A stretch of 63,262 nucleotides of DNA, filler included, from Dugesia japonica (taxonomy: Eukaryota), in assembly GCA_001938525.1 (NCBI GenBank). It is 6 parts of 6 records of this genome, joined end to end, with 100 filler letters (N's around TTAATTAATTAA, not from the genome) between each part and the next. Parts side by side here need not be neighbours in the genome. Positions count along the whole stretch, not along the records: positions 22,206 to 33,222 come from MQRL01631358.1; positions 33,323 to 42,690 come from MQRL01578093.1; 4 more parts are not named here. One strand, given 5' to 3'. Under the pieces are notes generated by a model. It was not told where the DNA came from. It ran no database searches and saw only the letters and a list, made by a program, of their open reading frames with translations. Made by a program: the position numbers and the translations under genes. Shown here in pieces: positions 26,896-37,860 of this stretch (the first letter of the stretch is position 1; each line of letters begins with the position of its first letter).

Positions 26896-27700
26896 CAGTC
26901 CGTTTCAAAAGTCTGTTCGCACCCATGTAAATTCATATGTCAATACGTATTTTTAATTTTTTTCAATTTGTTTAAGTAATGTAAATTGCAAAATATAGTA
27001 AATAATATTTTTAAAAATGTTATCAACTTATATTAAATGTATTTAATATTATATGACACATTTTAGATATAATGGATAATCAAAACGTCCTGATGAAGCA
27101 TAGAATAATAATTGTGGAATTGATGATGGAAATTGCTGAATAAAGCAAATAATGATGGACAGGTATCATATTGATGTGTTAAAGCGTGGCAATCAAAAAA
27201 TTGTTCATAAATATAAGACCGAAGGAATGTATGTAGATCGGAAACGCAGTGGAAGACCACCGAAATTATCAATACGGTCACACAGATTTATTCAACGCGT
27301 ATTGAAAAATAGATGCATGTCGTTAACGGAAATAGCACGTACTTGCAACATGGGTAACATTCAACATGTGTCCAGATGCACAGTTCACCGCATTCTCAAT
27401 AAGTACGGATTAAGAAGTTATCCGGCTGTTACCAAGCAGTTGGTCAATGATAAGCAAAGTAAAAGACGATTGCAATGGGCGATATCTAAACAGCAATTGG
27501 ATTTTGATAAATGGGCACATTTTGTCTTAAGTGATGAATCAATGTTTCGCAATTATAGTCATAGTCGCTCCAAAAGAATTAGGTGGTTTCAACATGAAAG
27601 ATCAAGTCCTATTTGTACTAAGAAGGTTATTCAATATGGTGTGCAAAACATATTTGGGGATGCAAAAATAACTTAAACGGAGTTCGTCTGAACTATGAAC
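26896..27700 (+). mobile_element. Tc1-like transposon, 3'-truncated
   Basis: Starts TA|CAGT. ORF 27152-27676 has RSGRPPKLS, VSRCTVHRIL..GL and W..FVLSDES.F (first catalytic Asp). Confidence 0.9.
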
Positions 27701-27842
27701 CAAAAACTGAAGTAATTGACTGTATATGAAGTAGATATGAAGTATATTTGAAGTATCCAAATGAAATAAAAGAAAGAACTAAATACTTTCCATGTCTAAC
27801 AACTTAAGAAAAACCAAATATAAAATAATTTACAAAAAATGT

Positions 27843-28740
27843 CAAAACGAATGAAAAAGTCGAAAATTACATTTTTAATAATGAAGCGAAATTTGGGAGA
27901 CAAATTAAAAAGTGAAAGCGGCTGACCAGAGCTTTTAATACTTTGAAGATAAAAGACGATCAACGGTTATTGAAAATAATTGAAAGTAAAGAAGATGCTT
28001 TTATGGCAAATAAATTGGATGTTGGACTCACACATTTGTCAACACACACATAGTCACAAGTAATGAACCAATCATTATAAAATTATTCAGGCAACCAATG
28101 AACTTTGAATCTAAAATTGAAGAAGCTATCCAAAATCTTTTCGAAAATAATATTATCCGGAAATGCAAATCTCCATGAAATAGACCACTGATTTGTGTTT
28201 GGAAAAAGGAAAAGAAGGATTTAGAATATGTTTAGCATTTAGACAATTGAATGCAGTAACGAAAAGACAAGTTTTTCCGATATCTAATGTCGATGAAATG
28301 CCGGACAAGTTAGATGAAGCCAAATATTTCAGTTCAATAGACTTTGGAAATGTGTACTATCAGGTAGAGCTTAAAGAAAAATCTCAAGGAAAAACGACGT
28401 TTTCTATGAAACACGGACAATATTGTTTTAATAGAATGCCATTTGGCATTGCAGTGGCACCAGGGACATTTCACGAGATGATGACAAAAGTGGTTGACGG
28501 AATCAATGGACCTATGGTTTATCTTGATGACATTTTGATATTTACGAACAATACAGATCAACACTATGAAGTCATTGAAAAAATATTGATGGAAATAATG
28601 AAGACTGGTCTAAGAATTAATCCAGAAACGTCTCAGTTTCTTCAAAGCGAAATCAAATTTCTTGGACACATAATTAGCAAGGAGGGTGTCAGAACTAATC
28701 CTAAAATAGAGGCAAAAAGAACATTTGGAAAACCTAACTG
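27843..28740 (+). mobile_element. Ty3/Gypsy family A reverse transcriptase fragment
   Basis: ORF 28193-28783 has RMPFGIAVAPGTF, VYLDDILIF and IKFLGHII. Confidence 0.95.
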
Positions 28741-28744
28741 TATA

Positions 28745-29345
28745 TATGAGTGTATATGGATTATGAGTGTATTATTTGCATAGTTACCTTGTATTATTTA
28801 CAATTTACATTATAATATTTACATAGTAACCATGTAATATAAAGTTTATGATTGTATAGGGTTTATGAACAAGCCAATTTTCTATATATCTTACTAAAAA
28901 GTTCTGTATAAAAAGTTAATATAAAGTTAATATATTTATGACTTTATATGGTTTATTAGTGCATTATTTAAATAGTTAACTTGCATAATTTTCATAGGTT
29001 TTTTATTATTTTTACATATTATATTTGTAGTACAATATTTTTTGAATCTATAAGATTTATAAGAGTGTCAATTTTGCATGTATATATATAAGAATAGCTA
29101 AAAGGTACTGTACAAATACCTTAAAAACCTACATAAAACTTACAAGGTAATAATTTTATGACTATATATGATTTATGAGAGCATTATTTAAATAGATACC
29201 TTGTATTATTTACATAGTAACTGTGTAATATAGGGTTTATGAGATTGGAAATTTTTCATATATATATTTATATATATATATATAGTTTTTGGGTGTAGGA
29301 CATTTTCATGTATAAATAACTTAAAATTACTGTATAAATACGTTA
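28745..29345. repeat. Tandem array of about 200-bp units downstream of pPolB
   Basis: tatatg..ttat.ag.gcattattt..atag.tac.ttg recurs at about 28753, 28945 and 29165. Confidence 0.75.
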
Positions 29346-29679
29346 TAAGTAAATATTTTGAGTCATGCACAATACATGTTTGCAATACGTTTATAAAAAA
29401 ACTTATAATAAAACTTAATAAAAAACTAATAAAAAACTTAATAAATAATAACAAAAAATAATAATAACATCTTTTTTTCAACAAAATGCAACAATGTTCA
29501 ATTTTGGTCCTACAGAGGACCGGATATACGTTCACAAATGTTTTTTCCACAATGTTTTCTTAGTAATCTAAATAAAAATAATTAAAATAACATTTAAAAA
29601 CAAATAAATAACTACCATTGACCAGACTGGATCGAATGAACGGTTTGTTGGAAAAAAACTAAACTATTTTATACTATAA

Positions 29680-32600
29680 TGACCATATGGGACACTGTTA
29701 TTTTTAGTAACCCATACACACTTATCATCCGTGTTTGTAAGTGTTAATTTATTTTGATTTTATACTATATAATTGATGATTTTTGGTGGTTATCCTAAAC
29801 TGTTCCACCTAGACCGAGTTGTTCTCATTATAACAGTCAAGGTAAGACTGATGAGAAATTTCTGTTTTCTTCAATGTTAATCTTTTTGCTCTCATGTTGT
29901 TCTTATCTGCGAGCAGGCTATATCATTTCGGGCTGAAAAATATCCATTCCTGATACTTCTCCCCTTTATTGTCGTCCTTGAATTTTCCGATTACTGAATT
30001 TAACTTATATGAATAAAGAGTATGTTCTTTACTGTATCCTGAAGTATCCAGAAGATTGTCTTTAACCATTAATTTAGTTAGTTCCTCTAAGCTTATATCT
30101 TCTATCTTTAAAAAGAAACTATCTGTGTCACCAGCTACAAAATATTAATTTTACATTTTTCTTCTTTTCGATATTTTCCAACTCTAAATACTGTAGCTGG
30201 TACATACGTAGTTTACTCAAGTCCAGTATAGTTTGTCTAATGTATCTAGGACGATCTAAACAAACTATATCCTTATTGAAAAGAACAACTATTAAATCAT
30301 CATCAATTTCTATTGTTTTCCTAAATCCTGCTTTTGATGTATATGTAATCAGCTTCTTTGCCGAATTACATGTGCGGAGATTGGTCCTGGTTTTGAGATT
30401 CTCCACTAACTTTCCATATTAAATGTTATCTAACAGTTTATAATAGTTTTTTTTAATTTCGTAACACAATTTGATCTCAGAATTGTGTTGGTGTTGATAT
30501 AACTCTCAAATATTGAAGGCTGGTTGAGTTTAATCTCTCTATGAACCTCTGTCACTTGAACTCCTAAACTTAAATACATATGCACCAATCTCCAGTGCAC
30601 TACGTAATTGTTCTTGGAGTATAGCGTTTACATTTTTTTTACTTTGCATCCCGAATCGTGTCTATGTTCTGCTGCAACCGGTAAATCATTCAAATAATCT
30701 TGTATTTCTGCTGGAATCACCATGTCTACCCCTAGTGTGTATCCATATGGCAATGAATCTAGATCTGTATTCTTACACTCTTCCAAATCCCTATCTAATT
30801 CATTATAGACCCATCCAAAGTTTGCATAATGCAACTTTTGACTAAGTGCCCAACTATATAGATTATTAATATCTATATACAAAAGGTCAACATTTTCACT
30901 AGTGGCAACAGGATGTTTGTTAATGAATGTTAACCCTCCTCTTATACCTCCTTCGAAAAAAGTATGTATATATTGCAGCAATTCAATCGGTTTTTCCAAT
31001 GACATCAACTCAGATGTCCATGACATTCCTGGTATTCCGAAGCAATTCAACGGTTTCAAATTGTTGTGTGCTAAAGACTTTGCACGGAATTGCTGGAAAA
31101 AATCTGCAAACAAATACATATTTAGCTTTAAATACAGCATCATATAGTCCAACAAATTTGAACATGAAAATATTTCTCACATCGATAATGCTTTCTCATA
31201 TTTGTCCCTACTAACTTCCTTTTACTTTGGTGGCATTTGCTTTGTATTTTCCAGAACCTGTAAGCTCGTTGCGAAACTGCACGGAAATATCCCCTTTGAC
31301 TTTGTAATAATCTGAATCTTAAATTCCTTTGTAGTCAAAGGTGTTGCTTTTAAGGATTTAACAGCATAGTTCAATGAGGAATTTATGAACTGATAGCTGT
31401 CGATGAATTTAATTGTTGTTTGATTTTGCAGTACAATTAAACAGATCTTTTTCTGATGTTGTTGGGATGCATGATTTTGACCAATTCTTGAACTTATTAA
31501 TACCATACTTGAGGATATGATGAAGATCATATCCTCATAAATTATATAAGACCACTGGTAGTTGAATATGCAAATGTCTAATTAAACTGCATTGGTTGCA
31601 TCCTGCTCCTCTATATTTCCTTGTGAAATGGTCATGGTCACGAACGGAAACTGTTAATTTCTTTTTACATAAGTAACAAATTTTTTCAGCTTTGAATTCT
31701 TTATCTTGTTTCAATGTTATTATAATTTTCTTTTTTCCTTCTTTTTCAAAATAAGGAAACACAATGTTTTTGCTTATTTCCTCTACAGCCTTTAAAAAAT
31801 TATACATACAGTCATCTCCAATAAACTGTCTGTATTTTGATTCTTTGTTAAAATTATTCACCAACAACAGACCAGCCGAAACGGGTAAATGTTTCTGGAA
31901 ATGTTTTTCGTCTGGAGGTAAAACCGACTCAAAGTCCGCATATATCACAAAAGTGGTGTTATTCTTTTTGAATAATCCTTAAAAATCAAGTTCTTCTCCG
32001 ATGGCATCGTATAAATGGCGGTACCTGTCTGGATTTTTTCACAAATTGGTTCATGCTTTTCATATGCTACTTCATTTGTGAACCAGCTGAGAACGTTAGG
32101 ACACCATGTTGATTGAATACGTACTCCCTGTCCTTTATTATCCCTGTTTATTAAGCGAGTTAGATTCATTACTGATGTGTAATGAAATCTGTTGTTATTT
32201 TTTTGCAATTATAGATATATTTTCTCTCCGTCTACCACTTTTGACCGGTGTATTATGACCAAATTTGAATGTTTCATTAATACATCATCTTGCTCATTCT
32301 CCAACTGATTGTTGGTTTCACGATAGGACATTGATGGATATTCCTGGATTATTCCTTTCGAACTTTGGTGTATCAATCAGTTTCATCGTCATATGATCTT
32401 CTTCGAATACAAGCTTCCGCATGTATTTCTTATAATTTTTTGTTCGGTTTCTATTCATTGCTTCAACTTGCTATTTTTTGGTAACAGCAAGGATACTGTA
32501 AATAAAATAGTAATTATCATCGTTCTTGATGTTTACAATTGCCCTTTTTGTTTTTAAATCTTTCGGTGTTGAAATATAACTTTTTTCCGAAAGTCGACAA

Positions 32601-32930
32601 ATATCTTCAACCTTTATGATCTTGAAATTAATATCCAGTATTCGATTCAACAAGCAACTGAAGCCTAGTTCGCTTCGTATTGTTATTTTCTCGTTTAATT
32701 GGTGAATCTCATCTTCAAAAAAGTTATCAAATAATGCAACGGCTCAATTTGATATTCTACAGGTTTTAAACTCAAATTCTTCTCCATCAACACTTGTTGT
32801 TATCCTTTTGAACTCAATATGTACCCCAAATTGTATTTTAAATTGCTTCATTTCTTCTATTGTCTGAAATAATTTGTTTACCATAGCTTCTGATTATTTC
32901 ACGACAATTCCATTTTGATACATTTATTTT
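29680..32930 (-). pseudogene. Polinton/Maverick (adintovirus-type) protein-primed DNA polymerase B, near full length, frameshifted
   Basis: Ordered fragments: KRAIVNIKNDDN; YADFES (ExoI); CYLC..VRDHDHFT.KYRGA.CN.C (EndoVII-like insert); FIDSYQF; KGIFP; GIRGG; YIDINNLY (motif A); GDTDSFF; DDK..PYGHY at the C-terminus. Confidence 0.95.
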
Positions 32931-33414
32931 AAGTAAAAGTTGCCTTGGAATTTCCTACTATTTTGCGGATCTGAGTCTTGTCAATTATAGACGATGATGA
33001 CTGATTGTTTTTTAAACAATTGTTGAGTGGTTCAATTTATGTCCGAATGTGAACGAATAGAAACACTGCTACCGGAGATGTACATACCATCAATCGAGCT
33101 TTGCCTAGTTAGAACTATACAAGCTTGTCCATAAGTTCAATTATGAACGGACTCAACCGTGTGCTATCTGATCTTAATGAATTTTTTCTGTTGGACTGTT
33201 GTATGGCAGAGGAGGCAATGTANNNNNNNNNNNNNNNNNNNNNNNNNNNNNNNNNNNNNNNNNNNNTTAATTAATTAANNNNNNNNNNNNNNNNNNNNNN
33301 NNNNNNNNNNNNNNNNNNNNNNAATAAGAATTAAAATTAACCAATTAAAATTTAATAAAAATAAATTATTTCAAAAATTATTACTATTATAAACGTTGAA
33401 TAAATTAAAAAGTA

Positions 33415-33449
33415 AAATCCTGACGAAGACAAGGTCGAAATATCGATTT
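33415..33449 (+). ncRNA. Minimal type I hammerhead ribozyme
   Basis: AAAUC-CUGACGA-a-GAC-aag-GUC-GAA-AUAU-C-GAUUU: perfect 5-bp stem I, 3-bp stem II, palindromic AUAU stem III, AUC triplet. Confidence 0.8.
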
Positions 33450-34596
33450 GTTATCCAATATCAATAATTAAATCCTAAATTTTGATCTAAGCTTTTATAT
33501 TAAATGAATTCAATGAGATAAGATCGGAAATTTTCCAATTAGATGAAGATGATCAAAATATCAGTTTGTCGTGTTATTATAATAAGATAACTTACTGTCC
33601 AGGAAGTTCATTATTAAAAAATATTTTGTAAAAATATAAATATTGCTTTTATTTTTTCTTTTCTACCATAATTTCTAAAATTTTCCTTACTGAAAGCAAT
33701 AATTTCAAAGGTTTTAACTTAATAATTAATAAAAGCATAAAAAATAAATAATTAACTTATTAAATTATATTTAAAACTTAGTAAACTTTTAGAAGTGTAT
33801 TAAAATATATTAAAAAAATTCAGATAATAATTCCCAAATTAGAAATTAATAAAATATCATGACTTCCATTTCATTTTGTTTTAAAAATTGATCATGTGTT
33901 TGTCCAATGATGTATTTGATGAAATATAAACCCTTTCCAGAAGCACATGGTTTGGTAAATATTTCAGATAATCTTTGAAAATATTATAAATTATATTAAA
34001 AACGTTTATGGTTTACTCACTCAAAAACTTAAATTTAAACCTATATATTAGACTTTAATATATAAGTTAAAATTTAATAGTATAAAGAATTTAATAATAT
34101 GGAAAATACGTGTGCTCAGAACGTTATAAGCTAAAAACAAATACTTCTGCGGTCATAGACATAATTATTTTGTTTTTGCTGGTTCCGTAATAATATACAA
34201 TATATGCACTAGTAAACGAATATAAAAAATTTAACGATTGGTAAAGAAAAACAAAGATGGTGTAGGACAAATAATTTTCTGAAAAGAAATTTAAAATATT
34301 TTTTTTATAACTTCATAAATATGGAAAAATTAAAGAAAATTGTAAATCGTTCTATCACCCACTATAAATTTAACAATTTGATTTACTTTTCGAATAAGAA
34401 ATTTTAATTCGAATACATTCCGTAAATATTTTATTATTAGATATTTCACTTTATATGTAAACAGATTATTAATATGATTTATTATTTACCGATATTTTTA
34501 CAAAGCTAATATTAATAATATTTCCGTATTATATATTAATGAAAGTATCTTTAGAATTATTATAAGTATTAATTTATTTTTCTTCTCTAATCCATC

Positions 34597-35298
34597 ATGA
34601 GTTTTGATGACTCGTATTCTAAATCATTAGTCAACGACATTTTTGATCCGGGAAAAGAATATTCCACCTCTACTAGAGTCAATCTTTCTCCTTCTGATAA
34701 CATAAAACTGAGAGTATTTTACAGTTCAAAATTAACAACACCATTAATTTGTGAAAATCTCGTCCACATATTTACGTCATTGGAAACCCATTTAGTTGAT
34801 TGTTCTCTGTTGAAATTGCAAAACAAAAATCTCTGGAAATTCAAAACAAAAGGTGCACTTTTATTACAAATCAAATATGATGATTTATCAGTAACAAATA
34901 TTTCCGAAATCCGATTGATTGTAGTAAATCTAAAAACCTATATTGAACAATGGTCAACGAAACTCCATTTATGGAATAGATATAGAAAAATTGATGAAAA
35001 ATTTCATGTTTTTTCCAAATGGAATAAATATTCGAACATTGAAAATGAAATCATTCCTGAAGACTTTTCAATTGGGATTTATTTCCCAACGAAAACTGGA
35101 GCCAAAACGTTTTTTGCTTTCGTTGATGAATCATTGAAGAAACTTGATGAATTCGAAAAGCAAAAAAGTATTTTGAGAAAAATGTACAAGAAAAATATGA
35201 AAAAAAGTCTGAGAAATTCTGACCCAATTAAAAAAACAAACATTTCTTATCCAACAATGTTTATTCATACAATCCATTCAAGTAAAGAATCTGATTAA
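34597..35298 (+). CDS. WASP-type WH1(EVH1)-basic-CRIB protein, 233 aa
   Basis: Intact ATG-to-stop ORF. LS..DN..L, LW....GALLL and GIYF....A..F...V fit a WASP WH1 domain, followed by a Lys-rich stretch and CRIB ISYPTMFIHTIH. Confidence 0.8.
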   Translation: MSFDDSYSKSLVNDIFDPGKEYSTSTRVNLSPSDNIKLRVFYSSKLTTPLICENLVHIFTSLETHLVDCSLLKLQNKNLWKFKTKGALLLQIKYDDLSVTNISEIRLIVVNLKTYIEQWSTKLHLWNRYRKIDEKFHVFSKWNKYSNIENEIIPEDFSIGIYFPTKTGAKTFFAFVDESLKKLDEFEKQKSILRKMYKKNMKKSLRNSDPIKKTNISYPTMFIHTIHSSKESD

Positions 35299-35518
35299 CT
35301 TTTTTTCAATTATCATATTAAAAAAACGATTTCATTCGATGTCACTTATAAAACATTTTATTTTTATTTAGAAATTTTTGAAATGAATTACGTAATAGAT
35401 TATATTAATATAATTCCATGATATTTGCGTGGGCTTTTTATAAATATAAAACAGTATTGACAATTAAAAAGAAGTAATTCTATCGGTTTCAATGATAGAG
35501 GTAATCATTTTCTTTTGG

Positions 35519-35617
35519 CATCACGTTCGATCTCGGAAGTTAACCACCATGAGTTCTTGTTAGTTATAAAATAAACAAGTGTCATCTGAGCCAGGACGGT
35601 GTTTGGTTAGAGATAAC
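35519..35617 (+). pseudogene. 5S rRNA-derived fragment(s)
   Basis: ATCACGTTCGATCTCGGAAGTTAACCACCATGAGTTCTTGTTAGT follows the metazoan 5S consensus as recalled (ATCTCGT.CGATCTCGGAAG.TAAGCA....G.CT.GTTAGT, box A region). A weaker second 5S-like tract lies at 35577-35617. Confidence 0.7.
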
Positions 35618-35752
35618 GTTACATATTTCTATTTCAACAAACAGTTCACCACTCCGATCTTGGGTTTTATGTGGTAGGGCAAAGCATGTAAGTTCTTTCA
35701 AGTTATCTTAGAAGTGTAGTAGTAAATCATGAGTATGAAAATATAAAAAGTC

Positions 35753-35787
35753 AATTCCTGAGTGAGTCAAAGTCGAAAATTAGAATT
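35753..35787 (+). ncRNA. Degenerate hammerhead ribozyme, homolog of 33415-33449
   Basis: AAUUC-CUGAgug-a-guc-aaa-GUC-GAAA-a-UUA-GAAUU. Core and stem II are mutated; stem I is kept through a compensatory change. Confidence 0.6.
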
Positions 35788-35944
35788 ATTATCAAAAACA
35801 AAAATTGATGTTGATTGAAGCTTTTATATTTTAATGAATTATGAAAATATAAAATTATATATCGTTGAAAATATTAAGAAAAAATTTTAAACATAAAATT
35901 ATAGAATTAGTAGGTAGATAGCGGCGTAAAAGAACACCCCCTTA

Positions 35945-36232
35945 CCAAGGTCAAATTCTTTCAAGGTCAGTGTTCTAGTATACTTCATTTAATTTGCTGA
36001 AATAATTCAAGGTCAGTGATCTTGTATACTCGATTCTGGTTGACTAAAATAATTCAAGGTCCCTGATCTATTATACTTCATTCTTATTGGCCTAAATAAT
36101 TCAAGGTTGAATTTTCAAGGTCACTAATCTAGTATACTCGATTTTGATTGGTGGAAAATCTCAATGTCAAATTCTCAAGATCAAATTGACCTAGTATACT
36201 CAATTTTCATTGGCGGATTATTTCAGGGTCGA
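35945..36232. repeat. Subterminal tandem repeats (about 43-53 bp)
   Basis: tcaaggtca.tgatctagtatact..att.tgattgg is repeated about 5-6 times. Confidence 0.85.
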
Positions 36233-36757
36233 AGAAATATAGAACAAGATAATTAACATTATAACCATTTGTATGTCAAAGTCAACTATAATCCGGCCAG
36301 ACTTTTCGCGCAGACTTTAGAATTAAATTTCTCGCGCAAAATTAATATTAATATTTTTTGTTTAAACGAACAGATGGGAAATTATAAAGTAAGATAGTAT
36401 TGTTTCATGAACCTGTATCGTAAAATAACTCCTTCCCTATTAAAATCGCGATTAAAGATCTAGTAGGTAGATAGTAGCACACTAGTAATGGGGAAATGAC
36501 GACTTTAACGCAGTATGGTAGCTATACTCCGGGCATAAGGCAAAGTGATAATATACAAGTTCAAAAATTGTGTTTTAGGATTTGATTNNNNNNNNNNNNN
36601 NNNNNNNNNNNNNNNNNNNNNNNNNNNNNNNNNNNNNNNNNNNNNNNNNNNNNNNNNNNNNNNNNNNNNNNNNNNNNNNNNNNNNNNTTTTTTGTATTTT
36701 GAGTTTTTGAAAAATATAATATTAGAATAAAACAGTAGTTTTTTATTATTAATATTT

Positions 36758-36860
36758 CAGTATGGAATAAAAGTATGGAATTATAGTATAGAATTAGAGT
36801 ATGGTATTATGTAAATACAGTATGGCATTATGTAAATACAGTATAGAATTATAGTATGGT
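36758..36860. repeat. Short tandem repeat (agtatggaatta-like)
   Basis: Directly visible 12-21 bp units. Confidence 0.75.
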
Positions 36861-36881
36861 GTTAAATGTTTTATTTATAAA

Positions 36882-37613
36882 ATGTCTTGTAATAAAAACA
36901 CAATTAAATAAGATACAACTGAAGCAGAATTTTATAAACTCTTAAAAAGTTATAATTTTATTGAAAATTCAGTTTTGGGCTTTTCTAAACAAAATAACTT
37001 AAGTGAAAAACAGTGAGAAAATATTTAAGGGAATTTAATATTCCTTATAATAAAAGAACAAAGATTAAAACTTTAAAAAGAGATGTTAATGGTCAATATG
37101 AATCTTTAAAACAAAGAGATGAACGATTGCAAAATCAAACGCAAAATCAACAAATCCAAAATCTTATTAGACCAGTTCAAAATCAAAATTTCATGAAACC
37201 AATTCAAAATCAAATCCCAAAGGGTCCCATTCAAAATCCTAAAACCGATTATCATCAAATGAGTGATTCAGATTTTCTAAACGTTGTTGAAAATACTATT
37301 TGAAAGAAATTATAATATCATTTTTTCAGTAGAGAAAATGGCTAGTAAAAAACCAAATGTTAATAAAGTAGAAGAAGTTTTGGGTCTAAATTCTTTATAT
37401 GCTATTATTAATAATTTTTCTAAATTTGAAAATTTTAGTTTTAGTGAAATTGAAAAATTTACCAATTATGAAATTACAAATAAAACAGCAAAAAGATATT
37501 TAGGTATGTTGAAAGAAAAGTATTTACAACTTGAAAAATTTAATGATAATGATAAGTTCAAAACATTATTAAGTATTATAGTTTCTAAATTTTGTGAAGC
37601 AGAATGCAATTAA
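36882..37613 (+). pseudogene. Frameshifted Polinton ORF of unknown function (Gln/Asn/Pro repeats)
   Basis: ATG at 36882 after TAAA. ORF pieces 37013-37303 and 37284-37613 overlap in shifted frames. Confidence 0.55.
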
Positions 37614-37860
37614 TAACTCATTGTTCTAAACAAGATGAAAAAATGTTGAAATTATAAAACAATTGGAAAGAGATTGTTAAAAGGAAAGAGATGAATGTAA
37701 TAAACGGAGAGAACAATTAAATCTAGAACAAAAACCGAAANNNNNNNNNNNNNNNNNNNNNNNNNNNNNNNNNNNNNNNNNNNNNNNNNNNNNNNNNNNN
37801 NNNNNNNNNNNNNNNNNNNNNNNNNNNNNNNNNNNNNNNNNNNNNNNNNNNNNNNNNNNN

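Noticed and set aside
35945-36232. Regularly spaced repeats resembling a CRISPR array (also 12918-13745)
   Set aside because: Eukaryotic context, whole units repeat with no unique spacers, and no cas genes. Explained as Polinton-associated tandem repeats.
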